A stretch of 64,000 nucleotides of DNA from Squalus acanthias. Its lineage: Eukaryota. Of the stretch, positions 50,101-63,157 are shown piece after piece (position 1 is the stretch's first letter; the number at the start of each line of letters is the position of its first letter). The notes beneath the pieces are model-generated. The model was not told the DNA's origin and searched no databases. It saw only the letters and a list, made by a program, of their open reading frames with translations. The DNA lies in the NCBI GenBank assembly GCA_030390025.1, contig CM059431.1, forward strand, positions 137,208,001 to 137,272,000. Direction: 5' to 3'. The position numbers and the translations under genes were made by a program.

Positions 50101-53100
50101 GTCAGACTCTGTAACAAGTGTCCCTGTGTACAGTGTGTCTCTAACAGTGAGGAGTCGGACTCTGTAACAAGTGTCCCTGTGTACAGTGTGTGTCTCTCCC
50201 AGTGAGGAGTCAGAATCTGTAACAAGTGTCCCTGTGCACAGTTTGTGTCTCCCCCAGTGAGGAGTCAGATTCTGTCCCAAGTGTCCCTGTGTACAGTGTG
50301 TGTCTCCCAGTGAGGAGTCAGACTCTGTAACAAGTGTCCCTGTGTACAGTGTGTCTCTCCCAGTGAGGAGTCGGACTCTGTAACAAGTGTCCCTGTGTAC
50401 AGTGTGTGTCTCTCCCAGTGAGGTGTCAGACTCTGTAACAAGTGTCTCTATGTACAGTGTGTGTCTCTCTCAGTGAGGTGTCAGACTCTGTAACAAGTGT
50501 AACTGTGTACAGTGTGTGTCTCTCTCAGTGAGGTGTCAGACTCTGTAACAAGTGTCTCTGTGTACAGTGTGTGTCTCTCCCAGTGAGGAGTCGCACTCCG
50601 TAACAAGTGTCCCTGTGCACTGTGTGTGTCTCTCCGACTGAGGAGTCGAACTCTGTAACAATTGTCCCAGTATAGAGTGCGTGCCTCTCCCAGTGAGGAG
50701 TCAGACTCTGTAACAAGTGTCCCTGTGTACAGTGTGTGTCTCTCCCAGTGAGGAGTCAGATTCTGTAACAAGTGTCCCTGTGTACAATGTGTGTCTCTCC
50801 CAGTGAGGAGTCAGACTCTGTAACAAGTGTCCCTGTGTACAGTGTCTGTGTCTCTCCCAGTGAGGAGTCGGACTCTGTAACAACTGTCCCTGTGTACAGT
50901 GTGTGTCTCTCCCAGTGAGGAGTCAGACTCTGTAACAAGTGCCCCTGTGTACAGAGCATGTCTCTGCCAGTTAGGAGTCAGACTCTGTAACAAGTGTCCC
51001 TGTGTACAGTGTCTGTGTCTCTCCCAGTGAGGAGTCGGATTCTTTAACAGGTGTCCCTGTGTACAGTGTGTCTCTCCCAGTGAGGAGTCGGATTCAGTAA
51101 CAAGTGTCCCTGTGTATAGTGTGTGTCTCTCCCAGTGAGGAGTCAGACTCTGTAACAAGTGTCCCTGTGTACAGTGTCTGTGTCTCTCCCAGTGTGGAGT
51201 CGGATTCTATAACAAGTGTCCCTGTGTACAGTGTGTGTCTCTCCCACTGAGGTGTCAGGCTCTGTAACAAGTGTCCCTGTGTACAGTGTGTGTCTCGCAC
51301 TGAGGAGTTAGACTCTGTAACAAGTGTCCCTGTGTACAGTGCGTGTCTCTCCCAGTTAGGAGTCAGACTCTGTAACAAGTGTCACTGTGTATAGTGTGTG
51401 TCTCTCCCAGTGAGGAGTCAGATTCTGTAACAAGTGTCCCTGTGTACAGTGTGTCTCTCTCCCAGTGAGGAGTCAGATTCTGTAACAAGTATCCCTGTGT
51501 ACAGTGTCTGTGTCTCTCCCAGTGAGGAGTCAGACTCTGTAACAAGTGTCCCTGTGTACAGTGTGTGTCTCCCAGTGAGGATTCGGACTCTGTAACAAGT
51601 GTCCCTGTGTACAGTGTGTGTCTCTCCCAGTGAGGAGTCAGACTCTGTAACAAGTATCCCTGTGTACAGTGTGTGTCTCTCCCAGTGAGGAGTCAGACTA
51701 TGTAAAAAGTGTCCCTGTGTACAGTGAGTGTCTCTCCCTGTGAGGAGTCAGACTCTGTAACAAGTGTCCCTGTGTACAGTGTGTGTCTCTCCCAGTGAGG
51801 AGTCGGACTCTGTAACAAGTGTCCCTGTGTACAGTGTGTGTCTCCCAGTGAGGAGTCAGACTCTGTAACAAGTGTCCCTGTGTACAGTTTGTGTCTCTCC
51901 CAGTGAGGAGTCAGACTCTGTAACAAGTGCCCCTGTGTACAGTGTCTGTGTCTCTCCCAGTGAGGAGTCGGACTCTGTAACAACTGTCCCTGTGTACAGT
52001 GTGTGTCTCTCCCAGTGAGGAGTCAGACTCTGTAACAAGTGCCCCTGTGTACAGTGCATGTCTCTCCCAGTTAGGAGTCAGACTCTGTAACAAGTGTCCC
52101 TGTGTACAGTGTCTGTGTCTCTCCCAGTCAGGAGTCAGACTCTGTAACAAGTGTCCCTGTGTACAGTGTGAGTCTCTCCCAGTGAGGAGTCAGACTCTGT
52201 AACAAGTGTCCCTGTGTACAGTGTGTGTCTCTCCCCAGTGAGGAGTCGGACTCTGTAACAAGTGCCCCTGTGTACAATGTGTGTCTCTCCCAGTGAGGAG
52301 TCAGACTCTGTAACAAGTGTCCCTGTGTACAGTGTGTTTCTCTCCCAGTGAGGAGTCAGACTCTGTAACAAGTATCCCTGTGTACAGTGTGTGTCTCTCC
52401 CAGTGAGGAGTCAGACTCTGTAACAAGTGTCCCTGTGTACAGTGCATGTCTCTCCCAGTTAGGAGTCAGACTCTGTAACAAGTGTCCCTGTGTACAGTGT
52501 CTGTGTCTCTCCCAGTGAGGAGTCGGATTCTGTAACAGGTGTCCCTGTGTACAGTGTGTCTCTCCCAGTGAGGAGTCGGATTCAGTAACAAGTGTCCCTG
52601 TGTATAGTGTGTGTCTCTCCCAGTGAGGAGTCAGACTCTGTAACAAGTGTCCCTGTGTACAGTGTCTGTGTCTCTCCCAGTGTGGAGTCGGATTCTATAA
52701 CAAGTGTCCCTGTGTACAGTGTGTGTCTCTCCCACTGAGGTGTCAGGCTCTGTAACAAGTGTCCCTTTGTACAGTGTGTGTCTCCCAGTGAGGAGTTACA
52801 CTCTGTAACAAGTGTCCCTGTGTACAGTGCGTGTCTCTCCCAGTTAGGAGTCAGACTCTGTAACAAGTGTCCCTGTGTATAGTGTGTGTCTCTCCCAGTG
52901 AGGAGTCAGACTTTGTAACTAGTGTCCCTGTGTACAGTGTGTCTCTCTCCCAGTGAGGAGTCAGACTCTGTAACAAGTATCCCTGTGTACAATGTCTGTG
53001 TCTCTCCCAGTGAGGAGTCAGACTCTGTAACAAGTGTCCCTGTGTACAGTGTGTGTCTCCCAGTGAGTAGTCGGACTCTGTAACAAGTGTCCCTGTGTAC

Positions 53101-54347
53101 AGTGTGTGTCTCTCCCAGTGAGGAGTCAGACTCTGTAACAAGTGTCCCTGTGTACAGTGTGTGTCTCTCCCAGTGAGGAGTCAGACTATGTAACAAGTGT
53201 CCCTGTGTACAGTGTGTGTCTCTCCCAGTGAGGAGTCAGACTCTGTAACAAGTGTCCCTGTGTACAGTGTGTGTCTCTCCCAGTGAGGAGTCTGACTCTG
53301 TAACAAGTGTCCCTGTGTACAGTGTGTGTCTCCCAGTGAGGAGTCAGACTCTGTAACAAGTGTCCCTGTGTACAGTTTGTGTCTCTCCCAGTCAGGAGTC
53401 AGACTCTGTAACAAGTGGCCCTGTGTACATTGTGTGTCTCTCCCAGTGAGGAGTCTGACTCTGTAACAAGTGTCCCTGTGTTCAGTGTGTGTCTCCCAGT
53501 GAGGAGTCAGACTCTGTAACAAGTGTCCCTATGTACAGTGTGTGTCTCTCCCAGGGAGGAGTCTGACTCTGTAACAAGTGTCCCTGTGTACAGTGTATCT
53601 CTCCCAGTGAGGAGTCGGACTCTGTAACAAGTGTCCCTGTGTACAGTGTGTGTCTCTCCCAGTGAGGAGTCAGAATCTGTAACAAGTGTCCCTGTGTACA
53701 GTGTGTCTCTCCCAGTGAGGAGTCAGAATCTGTAACAAGTTTCCCTGTGTACAGTGTGTGTCTCACCCAGTGAGGAGTCCACTCTGTAACAAGTGTCCCT
53801 GTGGACAGTGTGTGTCTCTCCCAGTGAGGAGTCAGACTCTGTAAGAAGTTTCCCTGTGTACAGCAAGTGTCTCTCCCAGTGCGGAGTCAGACTCTGTAAC
53901 AAGTGTCCCTGTGTACAGTGTGTGTCTCTCCCAGTGAGCAGTCCACTCTGTAACAAGTGTCCCTGTGTACAGTATGTGTCTCTCCCAGTGAGGAGTCGGA
54001 CTCTGTAACAAGTGTCCCGGTGTACAGTGTGCGTCTCTCCCAGTGAGGAGTCAGACTCTGTAACAAGTGTCCCTGTGTACAGTGTGTGTCTCTCCCAGTG
54101 AGGAGTCTGACTCTGTAACAAGTGTCCCTGTGTACAGTGTGTGTCTCTCCCCAGTGAGGAGGCGGACTCTGTAACAAGTGCCCCTGTGTACAATGTGTGT
54201 CTCTCCCAGTGAGGAGTCAGACTCTGTAACAAGTGTCCCTGTGTACAGTGTGTTTCTCTCCCAGTGAGGAGTCAGACTCTGTAACAAGTGTCCCTGTGTA
54301 CAGTGTGTGTCTCTCCCAGTGAGGAGTCAGGCTCTGTAACAAGTGTC
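47139..54347. repeat. Satellite C, 55-bp tandem repeat (~131 units; 51-57 bp variants by dinucleotide slippage)
   Basis: Highly homogeneous consensus. ORF offsets are 55/110, with higher-order offsets ~1480-1530. Confidence 0.97.
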
Positions 54348-54670
54348 GCTACAACCCTTCGAGATCTCACCACTCCTCTGACATTTTGCACGTCCGTGAT
54401 TTTCCTTGCTCCACATTGGCGCCATAACTTCAGCTGCCAAGGCCCTAAACTCTGGAATTTCCTCCTCAAACCTCTTCACAGCTCTACCTCCCTCTCCTCC
54501 TCCTTTAAACGCTATTTAAAACCTCCCACTTTCACCGAGCTTTGGGTCATCTCTCGTAAAATCTCTTTATGTGGCTCAGTGTCGAATTTTGTCTGCTAAT
54601 TGCCTTTTGTCGTTTCATTACATTTAGCCCGCTATATAAATGCAAGTTATTGTTGTTGTCCTTGTGTTGT
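54348..54670 (+). mobile_element. L2-clade LINE 3' fragment
   Basis: FSCQGPKLWNFLLKPL..STSLSSSFKRYLK (L2/CR1 ORF2 C-terminus) followed by a GCTATATAAATGCAAGTTATTGTTGTTGT tail. Confidence 0.7.
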
Positions 54671-54998
54671 GTTAATAAAACTCCACCGCTAACTTCAGCT
54701 CATGCCTGGTCTCCTCGACATTTTCATAAAAACTGGCTTCATTGTTTTAATATATTAAATAAAGGTTCCTCAAAAGTACATTCCACCTTCTCCAAACGAC
54801 ACTGTAGGCGCGACCTGGTCTTACTCGGGAGGCTGGATATACAACTTACACAAGATGGTGTGACTCAGTGTCAGCAAAAGAGCGCAGCTGGGGCTCTAAA
54901 AATGGCGCCCCACAGGCAACGGGAAATGGCCGCCATGAACCAGTCGCAAAATGGTCAACATCGCGCTGCAGCAAAATGGCCCCCATCAATCTGCAGCA

Positions 54999-55290
54999 AA
55001 TCACAGAATCACACAGCCCATTCGGGCATTCCTGCCTGTGCCGGCTCTTTGAAAGAGCGATCCAATTAGTCCCTCTCTCTCCCTGTAGCCCTGTAAACTG
55101 TGTCTTTACAAGTACAATCTGCCTCCACCACCCTTTCAGGCAGTGCATTCCAGATCAGAACAACTCGCTGCAGAAAACATCCTCCTCATCTCCGCTCTGA
55201 TTCTTTGCCAATTATTTTAAACCTGTGTCCTTTGGTTACCCACCCTCCTTCCCCGGAAATAGTTTCTCCCTATTTACTCTATCAAAATCC
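54999..55290 (-). mobile_element. Old CR1 3' fragment
   Basis: The - strand encodes QRVVLIWNALPERVVEAD; tail AATCACAGAATCACACAG on +. Confidence 0.75.
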
Positions 55291-55606
55291 CGCAAATGGC
55301 CTACATTGCCCCTCAAAGTTGTCGCAACGCTCTGAAGCATAAGCATCATTATAGAAATGTCCATCCACGGGTTCACGTTTCCAAATTTAATTTCCTCTCA
55401 ACCGCTGTTCATCACCCTCCGAGTTAACATGTTTTTGTAATATTGCAGAACGGGCTACTTTAACCCCAGGCTTCAACCTCTTTAAAACACAAGGTTCACA
55501 ATGGAGCTGAACTTCATAACCCGAGGTAACAAAACCAGTGCCCAGAGAGAAAATTGAACCCCAGGTAATAACCAGACAGAAATCACGTGAATTCCATTGG
55601 GTACAG

Positions 55607-56269
55607 CCTCTGGAGGAGGACTCGGTCAGTCTCAACTGGAGGAGGTCTGGGTCAGCCCCCTCTGGAGGAGGTCTCGGTCAGTCTCCTCTGGGGGAGGTCT
55701 GGGTCCGTCCCCTCTGGAGGAGGTCTCGGTCAGTCCCCTCTGGACGAGGTCTCAGTCAGTCTCCTCTGGAGGAGGTCTCGGTCAGTCCCCTCTGGAGGAG
55801 GTCTCAGTCAGTCTCCTCTGGAGGAGGTCTCGGTCAGTCTCCTCTGGAGGAGGTCTCGGTCAGTCCCCTCTGGAGGAGGTCTCGGTCAGTCCCCTCTGGA
55901 GGAGGTCTCGGTCAGTCTCCTCTGGGGGATGTCTGGGTCAGTCCCCTCTGGAGGAGGTCTCGGTCAGTCTCCTCTGGAGGAGGTCTCGGTCAGTCTCCTC
56001 TGGAGGAGTTCCCGGTCAGTCCCCTCTGGAGGAGGTCTCTGTCAGTCTCCTCTGGAGGAGGTCTCGGTCTGTCCCCTCTGCAGGAGGTCTCGGTCAGTCC
56101 CCTCTGGAGGAGGCCTCGGTCAGTCTCCTCTGGGGGATGTCTGGGTCAGTCCCCTCTGGAGGAGGTCTCGGACATTCCCCTCTGGAGGAGGTCTCGGACA
56201 TTCCCCTCTGGGGGAGGTCTGGGTCAGTCCTCTCAGGAGTTGGTCTCGGTCGGATCCCCTCTGGAGGAA
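55607..56269. repeat. 26-bp minisatellite (~25 units)
   Basis: CTCTGGAGGAGGTCTCGGTCAGTC(CC/TC) repeated. Confidence 0.95.
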
Positions 56270-56599
56270 GCTCTTGTGCAACATTCCTCTTCGCCAAATT
56301 TTCGTTCCCTAATCCTCTCGTTGCAGTTTTCGATGATAATCCTCAGAGGAGGCCGGAAATAAATGGTTTAAAACAAATTAGAATTAGCAAAGACACAGCA
56401 CGGGACCAGTCTCCCTCTCTCTCACTCAGTTATACGGACAATCTCTCAGCAACACCATTTACCAATCAATCCCAGTTATAAACCAGAGGAACTGAAGAGT
56501 AAAAGATTGAGAGGCAAGAAATGCGTTGGCGACACACAGGAGAAACACGACTCATCGTTTTTTTCCTCCAGAGAGGGCGGTTTCAATTGGGATTCACCC

Positions 56600-57490
56600 A
56601 CCATTGTGGCCGCCACCCTTGGTCACACCCATCCAAATACCACCCCACCCAGAAACCCAGCGACCCACCAATCGAGACACCAACCACCCTGGGACCCACC
56701 ATCACAAATACTAACCCACCCACCCAGGGACCAAGCGACCCACCAATCGAGACTCCAACCACCCTGGGACCCACCATCAAAATTCTATCCCACCCAGGGA
56801 CCCACCAACCCAGGGACCAGCCAATCGAGACACCAACCACCCTGGAACCCACCATCACAAATATTATCCCACCCAGGGACCCACTTACCCATGGTCCTAT
56901 CAATCGAGACACAACCCACCAAAAGACCCAAGGACCCACGAAACGAGACACACCCAACACTGGAACCCACCAACTGAGACACCACCCCACCCAGAGACGC
57001 ACCCACCCAAAGCCACCTCACACAGAGACCACCCCACATAAAGGCCCACCACCCGAGACACACCCCAAACTGGGAACCACCCACCTAGACACCAGCCCAC
57101 TGAGAGACCCACCCACGCAGCGACCCACCAAGTGAGCCACACCCCACATTGGACATACCCACCCAAACACCACCCCACCCAGAAACCACCCCACACTGGG
57201 ACAGACCCACTTAGAAACCACGCCACCAAGAGACCACCCCACACTGGGTCAGACCTACCTAGAAACCACACCACCAAGAGACCACCCCACACTGGGACAG
57301 ACCCATTTAGAAACCACACCACTAAGAGACCAAACCACACTGAGTCAGACCCACCTACAAACCACACCACCCAGAGATCACCCTACCAAAATACCCACCA
57401 ACCGAGACACATCCCACACTGTGACACAGACACCACCCAACCCAAAGACCCACTAACCGAGACACACCTCACATTGGGACCCACCCACCC
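56600..57490. repeat. C/A-rich composite minisatellite (~75-78 bp x3 at 56660-56880; 48 bp x4 at ~57180-57370)
   Basis: CCAATCGAGAC.CCAACCACCCTGG.ACCCACCATCA repeated; GAGACCACCCCACACTGGG.CAGACC.A..TAGAAACCAC.CCACCAA repeated. Confidence 0.8.
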
Positions 57491-57866
57491 ATGTGAGGAA
57501 TTTGTAGACTGCAGGCTGGAGCTCCTCTCCTGAGCCTTTGACACGTTGGTTTATCGCTCTTGCACGCACTGTGTTTCTGCCCATTCTCATGTTAATCCGA
57601 GTAATGCTGTCCAGGACCAGACTGCTTTGTCCAGGTACATTCCATGGACGTGTTTGTTGATTTGAAACCTTAATATTTGTTGTGAATTTGGCTGCAGCTT
57701 TATATGTCCTAAACACTGAACCCACTCGCAGGCCCTCTACAGGACTGGGCCAAGAACAGCACCCGGTGAAACAGATCACTTCTACCCACAGCTCACACCA
57801 CACCCCACAGAGAGGACTTGAAGAAGCCAGTGTGACGTGGGACGGACTCCTTCCACATCCGCTCCA

Positions 57867-58212
57867 CTCCCTCCCTCCCCGGCTCCAAACTCCCCTTTGT
57901 GTATTCCTTGTCTGGGTCATCCCCCCTCCCTCACCTGCTCCAAACCCACCTGTGTGTATTCCTTGTCTGGGGACATCCCCTCCCTCCCTCACCTGCTCCA
58001 AACTCCCTGTGTGTATTCCTTGTCTGGGGACATCCCCTCCCTCCCTCACCTGCTCCAAACTCCCAGTGTGTATTCCTTGTCTGGGGACATCCCCTCCCTC
58101 TCTCCCCTGCTCCAAACTCCCTGTGTGTATTCCTTGTCTGGGGACATCCCCTCCCTCCCTCCCCTGCTCCAAACTCCCCTGTGTGTATTTCTGGTCTGGG
58201 GATATCCCCTCT
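57867..58212. repeat. 57-bp minisatellite (~6 units)
   Basis: CTCCCTCCCTCACCTGCTCCAAACTCCCTGTGTGTATTCCTTGTCTGGGGACATCCC; gives 19-aa periodic ORFs. Confidence 0.92.
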
Positions 58213-58257
58213 TCCTAGAAAGTGATGAACTTTCCCTGTAAACTGGGATTAAGCTGT

Positions 58258-60951
58258 TGAATCACAGAATCATCGAATCATAGAAACGCTACCGTACTGT
58301 AGGAGGCCATTCGGCCCGCCGATCCTGTGCCAGCTCTCTGCAAGAGCACTTCAGCTAGTCCCACTCACTCGCCCTTAGCCTCTGGCCCTGCAGTTTTTTT
58401 CCTTCATGTACTTGTCCAATTCCCTTTTGAAAGCCACGATTGAGTCTGCCTCGACCACCATTTCAGGCAGTCCATTCCAGATTCTAACCACTCACTGCAT
58501 AAAAAACTTTTTCCTCATGTGGCCTTTGGTTCCTCTGCCAATCACCTTAAATGTGCGTCCTCCTGTTCTCGACCCATCCACCAATGAGAACACTAATTTT
58601 CTATCTACTCTCTCTAGACACCTCATGATTTTGAACACCTTCTCTGCTCTAAGGAGACCAACCCCAGCTTCTCCAGTCTATCCATGTAAATGAAGTCCCT
58701 CATCCCTGGAACCATTCTTGTAAATCTTTTCTGCACCCTCTCTAAGGCCTTCAAATCCTTCCTAAAGTGCGGTGCCCAGAATTGGACACAATGCTGCAGT
58801 GAAGCTCGGACCAGTGTTTCATAAAGTTTCATCATAACTTCCTTGCTTTTTTACTCTCTGCCTCTACTTATGAAGCCCAGGATCACATATGCTTTTTAAT
58901 CGCTTTCTCAACCTGCCCTGCCACCTTCAACGATTTGTGCACATATACCCCCAGGATGTTGCAGCCCCTTTAGAATTGAACCCTTTAGTTTATATTGCCT
59001 CTCCTCGTTCTTCCTACCAAAATATATCACTTCACACATTTCTGCATAAAATGTCCATCTGCTACGCGTCCGCCCATTCCACCAGCTTGTCTGCTCTCCT
59101 CTTCAAGTCTATCTCTCTCCTCCTCACTGTTCACTATACTTCCAGGTTTTGTTTCACCTGCAAATTTTGAAAATATGCCCTGTATACCCAAATCCAAGTC
59201 ATTAACACATAACAAGAAAAGCAGTGGTCGTAGAACCGACCCTTGGGGATCACCACTGTGCACCTTCCTCCAGTCCGAAAAACAACCGTTCACCTCTACA
59301 CACTGTTTCTTGTCAATTAGCCAGTATCATATGCATGCTGTCGCTGTCCCTTTCATTCCCTGGGCTTCAACTTTGCTGGCAGGTCTATTATGTTGCACCG
59401 TATCAAAATCCTTTTGGAAGTCCATGTTCACCACATCAACCGCATTGCCCTCATCATCCCTCTATGTTACCTCATCAAAAAACTAATCAAAGTTAGTTGA
59501 ACACGATTTGCCTTTAACAAATCCGTGCTGGCTTTCCTTAATTAATCCACATTTGTCCCGTTGAGTTTGTCCCGGATTATCGTTTCTTAAATCTTCCCCA
59601 CTACCGAGGTTAAACTGACTGGCCTATAGTTACTGGGTTTATCCTTACATCCTTTCTTGAACAAGTTTGTAGCATTTGAATTCGCCAGTCCTCTGGCACC
59701 ACCCCCCTATCTATGGAGGATTGGAAGATTATGGCCAATACCTCCGCAATCTCCACCATTAATTCCCTCAGCATCCAAGGATGCATCCCATGCAGGTTAT
59801 GGAGACGTACCTACTTTAATTACAGTCAGCCTTTCTAGCACATCTATTTTATCAATTGTTTTTATCCCATCCAGTATCTCCACTAGCTTCTCTTTCGCTA
59901 TGACTTTGCCAGCATTTTCCTCCTTGGTAAAGACAGATGGAAAGTACTAATTTAGTACGTCAGCCATGCCCTCTCCCTCCATGCATAGATCTTATTTTTG
60001 TTCCCTTATCGACTCACCGCTCCACTTACTGCCCGTTTATTTTTTATATGCCTTTACAAGACTTTTTGATTCCTTTTAATGTTAGCTGCCAGTCTTTCTC
60101 ACACTCTCACTTTGCCCCTCTTATTACCTTTTTAATTTTCCCTCTGAACTTTCTATATTCAGCCTGATTATCACTTAAATTCTCCACCAACATCTGTCAT
60201 ACACGCTCTTTTTCTGCTTCATCTTACTCACTATCTCTTTCATCATCCATGGAGCTCTGATTTTAGTTACCCTACCTCTCCCTCTCGTGGAATGTACCTC
60301 GACTATACCCGAACCATCTCCTCTTTAAAGGCAGCCCATTGTTCAATTACAGTTTTGCCTGCTAATCTTTGATTCCAGTTTACCCGGGCCAGATCCATTC
60401 TCAACCCATTGAAATTGGTCTTCCACCAATTAAGTAATTTTACTCTAGATTGCTCCCTGTCATTTTCCATAGCTAATCTAAACCTTATGAAACTATGACC
60501 ACTGTTCCCTAAATACGCCTAATGACAATTGCTCCACTTGACCCATCTCATTCCCCAGAACCAGATCCAGCGATGCCTACTTCCTCGTTGAGCCAGAAGC
60601 GTTCTGATCAAGAAAGGACGCACTTCAGAAATTCTTCCCCCTCTGTACCCTTTACACTATTACGATCCCAGTCTATATTAGGATAAATTAAGTCTCCATT
60701 ATCACTATTCTGTAGTTCTTGCACCTCTCTGTAATTTCCATGCAAATTTGCTCCTCTGTATCCTTCCCATTAGTTGGTGCCCTATAGAACACACCTAGTA
60801 GTGTAATGGCACCCCTACTGTTTCTTAACTCTAAACAAATAGATTCTGTCCTTGACCTCTCCAGGACATCCTCTCTCCAGCACTGTAATATTCTCCTTAA
60901 TCAATACCACCACCACACTTCCTTTCTTTCCTTCCCTGTCTTTCCTGGACA
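58258..60951 (-). mobile_element. Old, heavily decayed CR1 LINE (different subfamily)
   Basis: Tail GAATCACAGAATCATCGAATCATAGAA. Fragments LYETLVRASLQHCVQFWAPHFRKD and SGDPQGSVLRPLLF..SKFAGETK, with EN RKDREGKKG..V.LIKE near 60900-60950. Confidence 0.88.
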
Positions 60952-61862
60952 CCAATGTTTGACTTGTTCATGCCTTTGTTCTCTATTTTACATGTTGATA
61001 TTGATGATGTGATTGATTACACATAGCCTTTTCACGATTGGAGCTGTGTTCAGGTGCATCGCTGCCTGATAGAATTAAAATCCCTGCCTGCTGTCTGACT
61101 CGTGCCTTAAATAGAGAAGATCAGCTCAATCCAGTTTAATGTGAATGTGCCTCTTACATAGAATAGTCAGATCTCATTATCAATTCCCACAGAAGCTGGA
61201 TGCCAGCCAGATTAGAAGAGCTCGGGATCCACGGGGAAATGAAACCATGTGACGTTTGGCTTTTGGAGAACCTCAGGATGACGCGGGACGTTAGAAAGTG
61301 ACGGGTAAAGGGGGCCCTTCATCAGAATTAATAAATGAAGCAAATTCAGATTTAAGGTACTGAGGCGATTTTTAGAGTAAGGTTTTAAATAAGGTTCTTG
61401 AACTTTGAAGTGTGGTGTCATTGAATTATATATCCCACAGTACGTGCAATAGTACTTACACATAAAATAAAAAGGCACAAATTACAGCCACACCTGATGA
61501 TGGTTTTGATGATTGAGTCAAAAGTTTACGGTTCTGAGCTCAGTATCTTCGGCTTTTAAAAATTGCAAATAATCATTACAAACAGCTCGTTTTGTACATT
61601 ACTCTCAGTCCCGCTACTTCCTGTGAGAAGAATTAATTTACTTATCCTTTATCAATAACGGTAGATGGATGAATACAAATATGTTGAAGGGATGTTGAGA
61701 TCGAGCAGGTAAAGTGCATGGGACTAATTGTTAGGGTGGATGTTAAACGCCTCCTTGGAGTGGTTGGGTCGACTCGTCTTTTCTCCTGTCGTAGCACTCC
61801 ATTGTTTTGACCAGTTGAGATTTTCAGTAAATACCTGTGAACAAAGATGTCTAATGTCACAC

Positions 61863-61954
61863 TGACGCGTCAAGTTCCTACTGTCTCCGTCATTAGACAC
61901 TGATCAGGGGACAGGGCCCCGTTCTATTGGTCCAGGAGACAATGGGGGGCGGAG
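61863..61954. promoter_or_regulatory. Possible promoter-like motif group
   Basis: TGACGCGTCA palindrome (61863-61872), ATTGG (61926-61930), GGGGCGGAG GC box (61946-61954). No linked exon found. Confidence 0.25.
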
Positions 61955-62171
61955 TCTGATGGGGAGAACAGTGCCTGCAACATTCACACCGAGATTACAG
62001 AATTGCAAATAACCACCATTGTAACACATTGTTTCCACACTAAATGAAACATTATCTGTTATTTAAACTGAGAGTTTCATTCCAGTACCTACGGTGTGAG
62101 GCAGTTAACGCTGACGCCCACATGTTCTACTCCACTGCTGAAGCTCAATCATGACCGTTCTTTCACAGTAT

Positions 62172-62838
62172 TGCATAGTATTTACAGCAGAGAAACAGGC
62201 CATTCGGCCCAACAGGTCCAAGCTGGTGAAAATGCTCCACACGAGCCTCCTTCCACACCTCTTCCTCTAACTCCATCAACATATCCTTCTATCCCTTTCT
62301 CCCATATGAGCCTATCCAGCTTCCCCTTAAATACATCTGTTATTCGCGTCAAATATTCCGTGTGGCAGCGAGTTCCACATTCTCACCACTCTCCGGGTAA
62401 AAAAGTTTCTCCTGAACTCCCTATTGGATTTATTAGTGACTATCTTATATTTATGGTCCCAAGTTCTGGTCTCCCCCGCAAGTGAACACATCTTCCCTAC
62501 GTCTACCAATGAAACCCTTTCCTAATCTTAAAGACATCTATCAGGTCACCCCTCAGCCTTTTCTTTCCGAGGGAACAGAGCTCCAGCCTGTCCAATCTTT
62601 CCTGCTATGTATACACTCTCAGTTCTCGTATCATCCCAGTAAATCTTTATTTACATCTTCTCCATTGTCTTTATGTCCTTGTTTATAATATGGAGACCGG
62701 TAATGTGCGCAGTTCTCCAAGTGTGGTCTCACCAAGGTTCGATACAAGTTTAACATAATGTAACTACTTTGCAACTCTATTCCTCTAGAAATAAACACTA
62801 GTGCTCGATTTGCTTTTTATGGCCTTATTAACCTGCCT
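62172..62838 (-). mobile_element. Old CR1 3' fragment
   Basis: ORF 62327-62509 (LAGETRTWDHKYKIVTNKSNREFRRNFFTRRVVRMWNSLP), an RPHLEN-like segment near 62710-62735 and the GGCCATTCGGCCC 3' UTR motif. Confidence 0.85.
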
Positions 62839-62866
62839 CATTAACATCTTGTTATTGTTGAAAATG

Positions 62867-63157
62867 GAGTTATTTACTGAGATCAGCAAACAATCTCTGA
62901 TCAATTACACTACAACAACAACTTGAGTTTTTGACTGAGCTCAGCAAACAATCTCTGATCAATTACACTACAACAACAACTTGAGTTATTGACTGAGCTC
63001 AGCAAACAATCTCTGATCAAGTACACTACAACAACAACTTGAGTTATTGACTGAGCTCAGCAAACAATCGCTGATCAATTACACTGCAACAACAACTTGA
63101 GTTATTGGCTGAGTACAGCAAACAATCTCTGATCAATTACACTACAACAACAACTTG
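62867..63157. repeat. 58-bp tandem repeat x5
   Basis: GAGTTATTGACTGAGCTCAGCAAACAATCTCTGATCAATTACACTACAACAACAACTT; (A/G)CTGA at 62876, 62934, 62992, 63050 and 63108. Confidence 0.95.

Noticed and set aside
1..54347. CRISPR array
   Set aside because: Units are contiguous with no unique spacers, there are no cas genes, and the context is eukaryotic.
55538..56481. Three overlapping 241-294 aa ORFs and repeated GGTCTC (BsaI) sites suggesting a gene or synthetic insert
   Set aside because: Both follow from a stop-free 26-bp minisatellite with natural unit variation.
61680..61810. Possible very old CR1/SINE 3' end on +
   Set aside because: Similarity is too weak to call by eye.
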